A stretch of DNA of 64,000 bases from Alphaproteobacteria bacterium (GCA_017524525.1 JAFXVM010000001.1:7256-71255), one strand, 5' to 3'. Shown: positions 54,287 through 64,000, counted from the stretch's first letter. The notes: generated from the sequence alone by a model not told the origin. Translations and numbers: made by a program.

Positions 54287-55510
54287 TTATATTTTTTTGA
54301 ATATTAACGATGTGTTTATGCCACCGAATGCGAAATTATTATTCATAACATAATCTGTTTTTATTTCGCGCCCTGCCCCCATTATGTAATCCAATTTACC
54401 ACATTCCGGATCTGGGGTTTGTAAATTTAATGTTGGCGCAAACCAATTATCATTCATCATTTGAATTGCCCAAATAGATTCCAGCGCACCACACGCACCC
54501 AAAGTATGTCCAACGTAACCCTTTTGTGTACTGCAAGGTGTGTTATTTCCAAAAACAACTTCCGTAGCCAAAGATTCAGCCATATCCCCATGTTTTGTTC
54601 CTGTGCCGTGCATATCGACATATCCAATAGATTCTGGTTTTAAATTCGCAGATTCCAGTGAAAGTTGCATACACTTTGCCATCATATCTTTGTTAGGTTG
54701 GGTTATATGTGTACCATCTGTATTTGTTCCAAAACCAACAATTTCCGCATATATTTTTGCACCACGTGCGATTGCGTGTTCGTATTCTTCCAGTATCAAT
54801 GTTGCTGCACCTTCACCGATAACAAGACCATCGCGTTTTACATCAAATGGTGATGGTGTTTTATCTGGCGTTTCATTTTTAACACTGGTCGCATAAAGCG
54901 TATCGAACACTGCCACCTGGGTTGAATCAAGTTCTTCGGCACCACCAGCAATCATGACATCTTGCGCGCCTGATTTAATTGCTTCATACGCATAACCAAC
55001 AGCCAAACTGCCCGAAGTGCACGCAGTTCCACTCGGTATCAAACGACCCGTGGTTTTAAAATACAAAGATATATTCACAGCAGTTGTTTGTGGCATAATT
55101 TTTATGTACGAAGATGAATTTATTTGACCTACTTCGTGTGTTTTTACCATAGAATAAAAATCAAGTACTGGTCCCGCTGAACCAAACGAAGAACCATACG
55201 CAACCCCAGTACGCCCTGAGGTTATAATTTCATCATCTAATAAACCCGCGTCATTTAAGGCTTGTTCTGTGGCATTAACTGCCATTACAGACACAGGTCC
55301 CATAGTACGCAAAACTTTGCGCGTATAATGTTCAGGAACAACGAAGTTTTTAACTGGCGCAACAATATGCGCATTAAGCCCGCGAATTTGTTCCAAATCT
55401 TCGCTTTTTTCAACAGCATTTTTATAAACATGCAAACGCTTGTACGCACTTTGAACATCGTTTCCCAATGCGCTTATTAAACCTATTCCTGTGACAACTA
55501 CGCGTTTCAT
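54287..55510 (-). CDS. Beta-ketoacyl-ACP synthase (KAS I/II type) of APE-like cluster
   Basis: 407 aa. Active-site GTACTSG (Cys), then THITQP and MHGTGT (His, His). Confidence 0.85.
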   Translation of the reverse strand: MKRVVVTGIGLISALGNDVQSAYKRLHVYKNAVEKSEDLEQIRGLNAHIVAPVKNFVVPEHYTRKVLRTMGPVSVMAVNATEQALNDAGLLDDEIITSGRTGVAYGSSFGSAGPVLDFYSMVKTHEVGQINSSSYIKIMPQTTAVNISLYFKTTGRLIPSGTACTSGSLAVGYAYEAIKSGAQDVMIAGGAEELDSTQVAVFDTLYATSVKNETPDKTPSPFDVKRDGLVIGEGAATLILEEYEHAIARGAKIYAEIVGFGTNTDGTHITQPNKDMMAKCMQLSLESANLKPESIGYVDMHGTGTKHGDMAESLATEVVFGNNTPCSTQKGYVGHTLGACGALESIWAIQMMNDNWFAPTLNLQTPDPECGKLDYIMGAGREIKTDYVMNNNFAFGGINTSLIFKKI

Positions 55511-56235
55511 TAAATCATTCCCCCATTTACTGATATAACCTGACGTGTGATATAAGACGCATCATCGCTTAACAAATATGCAACCAACGATGCAATCTCA
55601 CTTGGCTTTCCCATACGACGCATCGGTATCATTTTTTCAATTTCTTCTGTTGGCAATTCGGCAGTCATATCTGTTTCGATTACACCTGGTGCAATTGCGT
55701 TTACAGTGATATTACGTTTAGCCAATTCAACCGCCAAAGATTTTACAGCACCAATTATGCCCGCTTTGGAAGCCGCATAATTAACCTGACCACGATTTCC
55801 CATAACGCCGGAAATCGAAGATAACGCGATAATACGACCGCCCTTGCGTGCAGATATCATCGGCATCACACAAGGATGCAATACATTATAAAGTCCATCC
55901 AAATTTGTATGTAAAACTTTGTCCCATGCGTCACCACTTAAGGCCGGAAAAGGTGCGTCCGCCGCAATCCCTGCATTACAAATCACCCCGTAATATGCAC
56001 CATGTTCGTTTATATCATCTGTTAACTTTTTTTCGACATCTTGACGATTAGAAATATCAAAAGCCAACAAGCGCGCATGTCCACCCAAAGATTCTATTTC
56101 CTTTAATGTCTGTTCAGCCGCATTTTTGTTTGAATTGTAATGCAAAACCAAATCGTACCCCAGTGGCGCCAGATAAAGCGCAATCGCATGTCCTATGCCA
56201 CGAGAAGCACCAGTAATTAAAACAGTTTTATTCAT
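55510..56235 (-). CDS. 3-oxoacyl-ACP reductase (SDR, FabG-like)
   Basis: 241 aa. TGASRGIG and YAASKAG (YxxxK). Confidence 0.85.
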   Translation of the reverse strand: MNKTVLITGASRGIGHAIALYLAPLGYDLVLHYNSNKNAAEQTLKEIESLGGHARLLAFDISNRQDVEKKLTDDINEHGAYYGVICNAGIAADAPFPALSGDAWDKVLHTNLDGLYNVLHPCVMPMISARKGGRIIALSSISGVMGNRGQVNYAASKAGIIGAVKSLAVELAKRNITVNAIAPGVIETDMTAELPTEEIEKMIPMRRMGKPSEIASLVAYLLSDDASYITRQVISVNGGMI

Positions 56236-56695
56236 TTCCTTTCTCCATAAAGTTATTCAAATCGTCTGGGCGAAAAGCGTTAAGGTTGCCTTCCGCAACA
56301 AGTGTATTATTGGCATCGTATATTTTACATTCAAACGAAGCGATATTATTATCACAAAACAAAGATTGAACATGAACATAATAACTTTCGTTAACATTAA
56401 ATTTTGGAATCATAAAATGTAAATCTCGCGATCCCATAATAAATCCTGCCACCGCTTTTGTTTCGCCTGTGATATGTATATCTTGGGCACCAATATAGCA
56501 CGCTATGGATTGAGCCATATATTCCAACGCAGCCACAGATGAAATACCATTTATATTTTTTTGGTAAAGCAAATCTGTGTCGCGAATATCAATGCGCGTA
56601 ATCATTTTTTGATTATCAAAATCAACGGATTCTATGTCCGTAATAAATGCCATTGGGGCTTTCTGTGGTAATAAATCAATTGGTTTAAAATTCAT
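56228..56695 (-). CDS. Hotdog-fold 3-hydroxyacyl-ACP dehydratase-like protein
   Basis: 155 aa. Lies between the KS and KR genes. Size and pattern fit ApeP-like dehydratases. Confidence 0.55.
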   Translation of the reverse strand: MNFKPIDLLPQKAPMAFITDIESVDFDNQKMITRIDIRDTDLLYQKNINGISSVAALEYMAQSIACYIGAQDIHITGETKAVAGFIMGSRDLHFMIPKFNVNESYYVHVQSLFCDNNIASFECKIYDANNTLVAEGNLNAFRPDDLNNFMEKGNE

Positions 56696-56697
56696 TT

Positions 56698-57834
56698 TTA
56701 TTTCCCCATTATTAAACTGGCATTACTGCCCCCGAAAGCGAAAGCATTACACAACACGCGGTTTATTTCTTTGTTGTCCCCAATTTGTGCCAGACGAATG
56801 TCAGCACAATCTGGCGCAAAATTTCCATCATACACATGCGGAATAACAAAATTGTATTTAAGCATTAACCAAGACAGCCCCATGCTCACAGCCCCAGCAG
56901 CACCCAAAGTATGTCCTGTCAAAGGTTTAGTTGATGCACACAAAACTTCATCACCAAATACTGTATTTATTGCCAAAGATTCCATAGCATCATTTGCGAC
57001 AGTGCCTGTTCCGTGCATATTTATAAAATCTATGTCTTTTGGGGTTAATCCTGCGCCTGACAATGCTTTTTGCATAGAATCTATGGCACCAGAACCCGTT
57101 GGGTCTGGGCTGGTTAAATGGTATGCGTCCGAACTTTCACCAATGCCCAACAATTTAATTCCACTGTTCCCTTTTTCCATAATAAATAATGCTGCGCCTT
57201 CGCCCAGATTTATCCCGTCCCGATTTTGCGACATTGGATTAGTGTGATTTTTACTTAATGCCCCCAATGCATCAAAACCATTAAGAGCGAAATCACAATG
57301 ACCATCTACGCCACCAACCAACACAGCATCACAAATATCATTGTCCATAAATTCTTTCGCAGATTGAAAAACTTTTAAACTGGATGAACATGCTGTGGAC
57401 ACGGTAAACACAGGTCCGCAAAAACCTGTCTTTTCACTTATGTATTGTGCGGGTCTGCCCAATTCCAAATCTTCAATCACAGTTCTGTCTATTTGAGTAT
57501 TTGTTTTAAACGCTTTTTCTATCAATTTTTGTGCTTCGTGAACGCCAGTATTAGAAGAACCGATAATAACGCCAACACGATTTGGTGAATATTTTTGTTT
57601 TAATGATTCTAAATCCATAACAATTTGATTTAGCGCACAATCTATTAAATCATACATACGCGCTTCGTGTGTTTGTTCAACAGGCGCACTGCCAAAAGGT
57701 ACTTTTTCACCACCAACCATCACATTGCCAGAAAACATAGCACGTGCATTGCCAACACGCGCATTTTTTACAATATCTTCGTGATTTGCACCCAGTGCAC
57801 ACACGAAACCAAGATTTTTCAATATATATTCCAT
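56698..57834 (-). CDS. Beta-ketoacyl-ACP synthase, second copy
   Basis: 378 aa from ATG 57834 (an alternative ATG is at 57852). STACSSS (Cys), AYHLTSP and MHGTGT. Confidence 0.8.
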   Translation of the reverse strand: MEYILKNLGFVCALGANHEDIVKNARVGNARAMFSGNVMVGGEKVPFGSAPVEQTHEARMYDLIDCALNQIVMDLESLKQKYSPNRVGVIIGSSNTGVHEAQKLIEKAFKTNTQIDRTVIEDLELGRPAQYISEKTGFCGPVFTVSTACSSSLKVFQSAKEFMDNDICDAVLVGGVDGHCDFALNGFDALGALSKNHTNPMSQNRDGINLGEGAALFIMEKGNSGIKLLGIGESSDAYHLTSPDPTGSGAIDSMQKALSGAGLTPKDIDFINMHGTGTVANDAMESLAINTVFGDEVLCASTKPLTGHTLGAAGAVSMGLSWLMLKYNFVIPHVYDGNFAPDCADIRLAQIGDNKEINRVLCNAFAFGGSNASLIMGK

Positions 57835-57910
57835 TTCAAATCCAACTTGCAAAATAGGATTTTTTTTCTATAATGGCACAGTATTATATAAAAAAATCGA
57901 TTTTTCAAGT

Positions 57911-58540
57911 ATGAACAAAACCTTATATATAGATAATTTTGCTTTCTGGACAGAAAACGATATGGAAAAACTTCCTGATGTGTCGTTTATTCCCCCAATG
58001 TTGCGCAGACGTATGAGCGCGCTGGAAAAAATTGCTATTTCATTGGCTGCGCGCGTTGCCCCAGAATCTTTAGATTACCAAGTGATTTTTGCTTCACGAT
58101 TTGGCGAATGGGAACAAACAATCAAACTTATCCGTCAATTCTATGAAGACAAAGAAATGTCTCCTGCGGGGTTCAGTAATTCTGTTCATAATGCTTCAAT
58201 GGGGCATCTGTCTTTGTTGACCCATAATAAAAATTCTTATACATCTATTGCAGGTGGGGAAAAAACTATTGAAAACGCGTTGTTAACAGCCCTGATTTCT
58301 ACAAAACCGGTACTTTTTGTTTATGCCGAAGAACACAACCCAGCAGAATATGAACATTTGTTTGAAAAGCCCATGGTTTCGCACGGCTGTGCTTTGTTTA
58401 TCACTCAAACAGGCAAAAACAAATTTGAATTATCTGCAAACAACCAAACATCACCTGTTTTGACATTTGAAAAATTACAAAATCTTTTTGAACACGAAAT
58501 TGAAATTCAAACCTCTAATTGGTTTTTGACAAGGAAATAA
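57911..58540 (+). CDS. Beta-ketoacyl synthase N-terminal-like protein lacking active-site Cys (chain-length-factor-like)
   Basis: 209 aa. RRMSALEKIAISLA...IFASRFGEW...NSVHNAS is a pattern typical of the small KS-like gene of APE clusters. Confidence 0.5.
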   Translation: MNKTLYIDNFAFWTENDMEKLPDVSFIPPMLRRRMSALEKIAISLAARVAPESLDYQVIFASRFGEWEQTIKLIRQFYEDKEMSPAGFSNSVHNASMGHLSLLTHNKNSYTSIAGGEKTIENALLTALISTKPVLFVYAEEHNPAEYEHLFEKPMVSHGCALFITQTGKNKFELSANNQTSPVLTFEKLQNLFEHEIEIQTSNWFLTRK

Positions 58541-59280
58541 TGAAAAAATTTTTTCGTTCTTTTTTAAGTGGTCTTTGCTTTTCCATTTTTGGAATTGGTG
58601 GCATTATAACAGGCGCAACTTTGGTTCCTGTGCTTTTGATATTTTGTTCCAAACGCACCCAAAAACGCGTATTATCTGGGACTGTTCATCATTTGTGGCG
58701 AGCATTTGTTTGGCTGATGTGTTTTTTAAAACTAATTGATATAAAAATAAAAAACGAACAAATTTTACACGATTTACACGGAAATATAGTAATAGCAAAT
58801 CATCCTTCGTTAATAGATGTCGTTATATTGGTATCAAAAATTCCACGTTCTATTTGTGTTGTAAAGGATAGTTTGTTCAAAAACATGTTTATAAAATCTT
58901 TGATTCGTAGAGTTTATTTGTCTAATTCTGCGTCCCCTGATGATTTTATAAAAGAAGCCACCGAAGATTTAGATAACGGCTATAACATCATAATTTTTCC
59001 CGAAGGAACCAGAACTCAAAAACACAAACCAATCCATATGCATCGCGGTTTTGCTTATCTGCAAATGCATTCAGGGCACGACATTTTACCAATTTACATA
59101 GAAAACAAGCCCCATATTTTAGGCAAAAATACACCTTGGTATGACGTTGGTGATAAAACATCTGTGTATACACTGAAAATACTGCCGAAAATCTTTTTTG
59201 ATACACGAAACAAAAAAACAGATAGAAAAAATGCTGTTTTGATAACAGAAAAGGCAAAAAAATCTCTGTTTTCAGCATAG
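58540..59280 (+). CDS. Lysophospholipid/glycerolipid acyltransferase (PlsC family)
   Basis: 246 aa from ATG 58540 (TAATG overlap, AAGGA RBS). HX4D motif NHPSLIDV and FPEGTR. Confidence 0.75.
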   Translation: MKKFFRSFLSGLCFSIFGIGGIITGATLVPVLLIFCSKRTQKRVLSGTVHHLWRAFVWLMCFLKLIDIKIKNEQILHDLHGNIVIANHPSLIDVVILVSKIPRSICVVKDSLFKNMFIKSLIRRVYLSNSASPDDFIKEATEDLDNGYNIIIFPEGTRTQKHKPIHMHRGFAYLQMHSGHDILPIYIENKPHILGKNTPWYDVGDKTSVYTLKILPKIFFDTRNKKTDRKNAVLITEKAKKSLFSA

Positions 59281-59344
59281 ATTGCTTGACAATCAGGGTT
59301 TCTTTTCCTAGTATTTGCGGGACAGTTCACAAAGGTAAAAAATT

Positions 59345-59620
59345 ATGAAACAACAAACACTTGAACAAGAAATCAAAGAATTGATTATTTCCGCTTTAGA
59401 TTTGGAAGACATCACTGTTGCCGATATAGATTCTAGCGCTCCTTTGTTTACCGAAGGTTTGGGTCTGGATTCCATTGACGCACTGGAACTGGGTATGGCT
59501 TTAAAGAAAAAATATGGTGTCAATTTCAAATCTGACAAAGAAGAAAACAAAGAATATTTTAAATCTGTTGAAAACTTGGCAAAATATATTGCTGAATCTA
59601 AAAATATTACATTGGAGTAA
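59345..59620 (+). CDS. Acyl carrier protein 1
   Basis: 91 aa. Phosphopantetheine site LGLDSIDALEL. Confidence 0.85.
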   Translation: MKQQTLEQEIKELIISALDLEDITVADIDSSAPLFTEGLGLDSIDALELGMALKKKYGVNFKSDKEENKEYFKSVENLAKYIAESKNITLE

Positions 59621-59624
59621 ATAA

Positions 59625-59879
59625 ATGCACACAAAAGAAGAAATTTTTTCCACGATTAAAGATATATTAATTAATGATTTTGGTTGTGAAGAATCTAAAT
59701 TAAAACCAGAATCCAAATTGGTCGAAGATTTAGATTTAGACAGTATTGATGCTGTCGATTTGGTCGTTAAATTGCAAAGCAAAATCAACCAAAAAGTAGA
59801 CCCAGAAGATTTTAAACAAATCCGTACTTTACAGGATGTTGTCGATGCAGTTGAAAAAATCGTTAACAATAATCACTAA
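59625..59879 (+). CDS. Acyl carrier protein 2
   Basis: 84 aa. LDLDSIDAVDL. Confidence 0.85.
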   Translation: MHTKEEIFSTIKDILINDFGCEESKLKPESKLVEDLDLDSIDAVDLVVKLQSKINQKVDPEDFKQIRTLQDVVDAVEKIVNNNH

Positions 59880-59880
59880 G

Positions 59881-60402
59881 ATGTTTCTTGGCGCTTTTGT
59901 TATCGCATATCCTTTTGTAATTTTTTATATGCTGCAACAAAATATTGCTATCAGGTTTATTGGGTTAATTTTGGTGATGGTTGTTGCGCTTTCTTTTGTG
60001 CGCAACAAAAATAAATATTTGTTTATGCTGGGGTTGTTGCTTTGTTTTTTGGTGATTTTTTTTAATCAAGCAATTTTTCTTAAATTCTATCCGGTTTTGA
60101 TGAACGCCGGTGTTTTTTCTGTTTTTGCTTTGTCGTTAAAAAAAGTGCCACTTGTGACACAAATTGCCCAAAGAACAACCAAAGACAATCTTGATGAAGC
60201 CCAATTAACATACACCAAATTAGCAACAATTGCATGGGCGATTTTTATGTTCTGTAATACGATTGCTTCTTTGATTACTGTATTTTTGCCGTATGAAATT
60301 TGGGCGATATATAACGGCTTTATCGCATACATTTTAATCGGTATTATGATGGCAGCAGAATACACAATTCGTAAGGTCAAAAGAAAATGTCCACACCAAT
60401 AA
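59881..60402 (+). CDS. Integral membrane protein of APE-like cluster
   Basis: 173 aa from ATG 59881 with about 5 TM segments. Confidence 0.5.
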   Translation: MFLGAFVIAYPFVIFYMLQQNIAIRFIGLILVMVVALSFVRNKNKYLFMLGLLLCFLVIFFNQAIFLKFYPVLMNAGVFSVFALSLKKVPLVTQIAQRTTKDNLDEAQLTYTKLATIAWAIFMFCNTIASLITVFLPYEIWAIYNGFIAYILIGIMMAAEYTIRKVKRKCPHQ

Positions 60403-62084
60403 GCAAACTTTTTTTAGATAACATTGATGCAAACAGAATTATTTTTTATAAATCTGATGGGATTGTACATTTTGGTGAATATATAAAAGATGTCGCAAAA
60501 TATGCTAATCATTTTTCAAAAATACCATCAAATCAAATTGTGATTTATATACCCGACAATTTTTATTTGTTTTACGTATGTTTTATGGCGGCATTACAAG
60601 CAGGCAAAGACATAATTTTGCCCGCTTTGTTAACAGAACAAAATGCCAAACCTTTGTTGGAAACAACACATTTTTTAATAACTGATAAATTCACATCTTT
60701 CGACGATTTTGAAATAGTAAATTTAGAATGTGAAAATAATGTGAATTGGGATTTCTGTGATGTAAGTGAAAGATTTTTATATTTCTTTACATCTGGTTCC
60801 ACAGGAACGCCAAAACGTATAAAAAAACAATTTAAAATGCTTGCTGCCGAAGTGGCTTTTCACAGCACAAACCAAAAACATTTAATAAATCAAAATCCTG
60901 TTATGATTTCTTCGGTTGCGCCATACCACATGTATGGGTTGTTGTGGCGTTTCTTTTTTCCATTGGCAAATGGGATTGCTTCTGATTTAGACATTATTTT
61001 TACACCTGAAGAATTACAACATAAACAATCTGTGTACGACAAAGTTTTATTCGCAACAACCCCTTCGTTTTTAGACGGCATCACCAGATATCAAAATCAG
61101 TATTCTTTCAAAAACAACTGCATTGGGATTTATTCTTCGGGCAGTTTATTACAAACAAAAACATCTATGGATGCTTATGAAATGTTTGGCGTATCGCCTT
61201 TTGAAATATTTGGCAGCACTGAAACCGGCGGAGTTGCAGGTCGCCAACAAAAAGACGGTCCACAATGGACAATTTTTCCACCTGTAAAAGTGAATTTGAC
61301 AGAAAACAGTGAATTATTAATTGAATCTGATTTTTCTTGTCAAAACCCTTATTTAATGTCTGATATTGTTGAAAAAACCGGTGATAATACTTTTTTACTA
61401 AAAGGACGTGGAGACCGTATGGTAAAAATCGCAGAAGAACGCGTATCCCTGCCAGAAATGGAAGAAAGACTTTGCGAATATAAACATATAGACAAAAGTT
61501 ATGTTAGCGCTTTGAATTCCAAAGATAGAAATATTGTTTGCGCTGTTATTACATTAAATACAGAAGGCAAAAAATATATCATTGAAAATGGCCGACACTT
61601 GTTCGTAAAGGAATTAAAACAATATTTATTAGATTATTTCCCAAATGTCGTATTGCCACGAAAAATAAGAATTGTTAATACTATTCCTGTGAACACCCAA
61701 GGAAAATATATAAAATCTGATATAAACGCAATGTTTGAATCTAATGTTGCTGAACCAATTATGCAAAACATTACAAAGACAGATACTGAATTTGTTGCAG
61801 ATTTAACCTTTTTAAAAGATTCTTCATATTTTAACGGACATTTTCCGGAACACCCTATTTTGCCCGGCGTGATACAAATGCATTTCGTATTATCTTTTAT
61901 AAAACAATATTTTAACAAAGACGCAAATGATTATCATATTTTAAAACTAAAGTTTTCAAATCTAATTTTACCAGATTCTTGTGTGCATTTTGAATTAAAA
62001 CGAAACAGCGAAAACGAATTTATTTTCAGTTATGTCAATGGCGATAAAAAATATTCTTGTGGCAAAATAGCAATAAAGGCGTAA
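60387..62084 (+). CDS. AMP-dependent synthetase/ligase fused to C-terminal FabA/FabZ-like hotdog dehydratase
   Basis: 565 aa. Adenylation motifs YFFTSGSTGTPKRI and FGSTETGG. C-terminal YFNGHFPEHPILPGVIQMHF is the dehydratase motif. Confidence 0.75.
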   Translation: MSTPISKLFLDNIDANRIIFYKSDGIVHFGEYIKDVAKYANHFSKIPSNQIVIYIPDNFYLFYVCFMAALQAGKDIILPALLTEQNAKPLLETTHFLITDKFTSFDDFEIVNLECENNVNWDFCDVSERFLYFFTSGSTGTPKRIKKQFKMLAAEVAFHSTNQKHLINQNPVMISSVAPYHMYGLLWRFFFPLANGIASDLDIIFTPEELQHKQSVYDKVLFATTPSFLDGITRYQNQYSFKNNCIGIYSSGSLLQTKTSMDAYEMFGVSPFEIFGSTETGGVAGRQQKDGPQWTIFPPVKVNLTENSELLIESDFSCQNPYLMSDIVEKTGDNTFLLKGRGDRMVKIAEERVSLPEMEERLCEYKHIDKSYVSALNSKDRNIVCAVITLNTEGKKYIIENGRHLFVKELKQYLLDYFPNVVLPRKIRIVNTIPVNTQGKYIKSDINAMFESNVAEPIMQNITKTDTEFVADLTFLKDSSYFNGHFPEHPILPGVIQMHFVLSFIKQYFNKDANDYHILKLKFSNLILPDSCVHFELKRNSENEFIFSYVNGDKKYSCGKIAIKA

Positions 62085-62087
62085 AAG

Positions 62088-62807
62088 ATGAAGAAACCAG
62101 TTATTATTGTTCCTTGTTTTAATCACGCGGATGCTTTTGTTAACGTTGCTGATAAATTGTCTAAATTTAAACACGATGTTATTGTTGTTGATGATGGAAG
62201 CGAAAAAGCACAATCAAAAAAAATAAAAAAAATTTGTGAAACACATAAATTTTTCTATTTAAAAAATTTGAAAAATGGTGGCAAAGGTGCCGCTATGTTA
62301 ACTGGTTTCCAATTCGCGATAAAAAATGGTTTTACACATGCTTTGCAAATTGATGCAGATGGGCAACACGAAGTTCGTGATATTCCTTTGTTTTTCAAAA
62401 TTGCAAATTCTTATCCAAAAAATTTAATCCTGGGGAACCCGATATATGATGAGTCTGCACCACGGTCTAGATTGATTGGTCGCAAAATAACCGATTTTTG
62501 GGTTATGATTGAAACTTTGAATAAAAACATGCCTGATACAATGTGTGGTTTTCGTGTTTACCCGTTAAAATTAATAGAACCTGTATTGAAAACTATAAAA
62601 TTCAAGCGCATGGGATTTGACATTGAAATCGTGGTGAAAGCCTTTAGAAACGGTGTAAAAATTATTGCTGTGCCAACGAAAGTTGTTTATCCTGAAAGTG
62701 GCGTTTCACACTTTCATGCTTTTCGTGATAATTTTTATATCAGTTTGCTTCATACTTATTTATGTTGTTTAATACCAATATGGTTAATCAAAAGAGGGAG
62801 AAAATGA
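62088..62807 (+). CDS. Family 2 glycosyltransferase
   Basis: 239 aa. IIVPCFNH, VVDDGS, and QIDADGQH. Confidence 0.75.
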   Translation: MKKPVIIVPCFNHADAFVNVADKLSKFKHDVIVVDDGSEKAQSKKIKKICETHKFFYLKNLKNGGKGAAMLTGFQFAIKNGFTHALQIDADGQHEVRDIPLFFKIANSYPKNLILGNPIYDESAPRSRLIGRKITDFWVMIETLNKNMPDTMCGFRVYPLKLIEPVLKTIKFKRMGFDIEIVVKAFRNGVKIIAVPTKVVYPESGVSHFHAFRDNFYISLLHTYLCCLIPIWLIKRGRK

Positions 62808-63388
62808 AAAAAATAATATCAATTTTGGCTTGCGTTTTTTCACTGAACGCGTTTGCATATCCAATCACTGATGAAATGCCTGAAAAATTAAAAAACTTCA
62901 CAAACAATCTGGAATCAGTATCTGCAACATTTAAACAAACCAAGATGTTGCCTGAATCGACAAAACGATTTATATCAAACGGCTATGTAAAATTTGTTAA
63001 AAATGTCGGCTTTACATGGCATCAACAAAAACCAAGCGAAGATGTGTTTACTTCTACTTTGAAAGAATATTGTGTAAACGGCGAAACAAAAGAATTAACA
63101 GAACTGCCCTATTTTTATCGCGTTCAATCTATGATAGATAAAATGTTAAATGGCGATATGACAGATTTTCTGTTTGCTTTTAATGTCGATTACAGCGAAT
63201 ACAAAGACAGTTGGACTTTGGTTGCAACTCCTCGTTTAGTGGTATTAGCTGATATGGTTCAAAATTTAACTATGTATGGAACGACAAAAGATTTAACCAA
63301 GGTTATTATGACATATTATGATGGAACTATTGTTATTTTAGAATTTAATCGTTCAAAGAAAGAAATAGAAGATGAAATCGTTTGTTAA
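62804..63388 (+). CDS. LolA-like outer-membrane lipoprotein carrier protein
   Basis: 194 aa from ATG 62804 (GAGGGAG RBS, ATGA overlap). Signal peptide. F.Q.K pattern (ATFKQTKML). Confidence 0.55.
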   Translation: MKKIISILACVFSLNAFAYPITDEMPEKLKNFTNNLESVSATFKQTKMLPESTKRFISNGYVKFVKNVGFTWHQQKPSEDVFTSTLKEYCVNGETKELTELPYFYRVQSMIDKMLNGDMTDFLFAFNVDYSEYKDSWTLVATPRLVVLADMVQNLTMYGTTKDLTKVIMTYYDGTIVILEFNRSKKEIEDEIVC

Positions 63389-64000
63389 AAAAATCTTATT
63401 TTGTGTCGTCGTTGTTTTTGGTGTTATTGCAACATTAATATTCAAAACGCCTTTGCATAGTCAAACTGATTTGATGTCTTTGATAGACATAAACAGCACA
63501 GAACAACAATGGCCAATAGACAAGATTTCTAATAAATTTTCTTCTGTGATAAATATTATTGTTGAATCAAACGATGAAAAAACAGCACGTCAAAACGCTA
63601 ACAAAATCATTAATTTATTAAATACTGAACAATTCAATAGTTTAAAAGTTCAATTCAATAATTTTTCTTTGAAAAGTGTCACCAAAGATTTAGTTCCTTA
63701 TAAAAACGGTCTTTTAAGCAGCCAAGACAAGGAATTTTTACAACACAAGCAATCAAGAAAAATCGCAGACAATGCAATAAAACAAGTATCACAATCTATG
63801 ATGCCACTAATTGTTCCTTTGCGAGAAGATCCTTTTTTGCTGTTATCAAATTATCTTTTGAATATTAATACTGGAAACACAGGTTGGACTTTGCATAATG
63901 GTTTACTTTGGCAATATAATGATTCAAAACATTATTTTATGATACCTGTGGATGCAATTAATACGGACACAACAACCAAACAGATAAATTATTTACGCAA
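63372..64000 (+). CDS. Predicted exporter (MMPL/RND-like), 5' partial
   Basis: Open reading frame from ATG 63372 to the window end (not in the ORF track because it has no stop). MKSFVKKILFCVVVVFGVIATLIF... The position after the LolA-like gene is as in APE clusters. Confidence 0.55.
   Translation, partial: MKSFVKKILFCVVVVFGVIATLIFKTPLHSQTDLMSLIDINSTEQQWPIDKISNKFSSVINIIVESNDEKTARQNANKIINLLNTEQFNSLKVQFNNFSLKSVTKDLVPYKNGLLSSQDKEFLQHKQSRKIADNAIKQVSQSMMPLIVPLREDPFLLLSNYLLNINTGNTGWTLHNGLLWQYNDSKHYFMIPVDAINTDTTTKQINYLR

Overview
AT-rich, densely coding bacterial chromosome segment. The gene content (LpxI-type lipid A pathway, scattered virB-type genes, Rickettsiales-like palindromic repeats) suggests a host-associated alphaproteobacterium, but that is inference only. 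Main blocks: (1) 1.8-14.7 kb, minus strand: a compact podovirus-type lysis, scaffold, capsid, tail, terminase and portal locus lying between host genes yraN and birA. I recognise no integrase, phage replication genes, small terminase or ejection proteins. Its large terminase is split into an ATPase gene and a nuclease gene by a 3.3 kb opposite-strand insert carrying dnaB, a tandem-HTH CI-like regulator and one unknown ORF. A lysine/alanine-rich histone-H1-like gene with 75-nt tandem repeats sits between the scaffold and capsid genes. This locus is my best candidate for an undescribed system: a domesticated, GTA-like particle locus with a two-piece terminase. (2) 14.7-22.9 kb: housekeeping genes (birA, RNA methyltransferase, lpxI, mtaB, rpoZ), an orphan virB11 followed by two tandem paralogs, and a candidate sRNA with CU-rich loops. 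(3) 22.9-26.2 kb: tRNA-Ser(GGA) followed by nested copies of its 3' end that bound a small integrase-less island. (4) 26-40 kb: paralogous membrane proteins, a PBP5-type carboxypeptidase, holB, tatD, a Fic protein with duplicated palindromic operators, smpB, an EF-hand/Cys-His membrane protein, HU, an AlaRS lacking the C-Ala domain, Smr and tdk. (5) 40-42 kb: tRNA-Arg(ACG) and a cysteine-rich, eukaryote-like secreted protein flanked by GC-rich and palindromic repeat elements. (6) 42-54 kb: TolC/MacA/MacB-type efflux operon, LemA/HtpX, dapA, an APH(3')-like kinase, and a short divergent MetK homolog behind a riboswitch-like leader. (7) 54-64 kb: an aryl-polyene-type (FAS-like) lipid/pigment cluster running off the window end. 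All family assignments come from reading the translated ORFs by eye. No database search was run.
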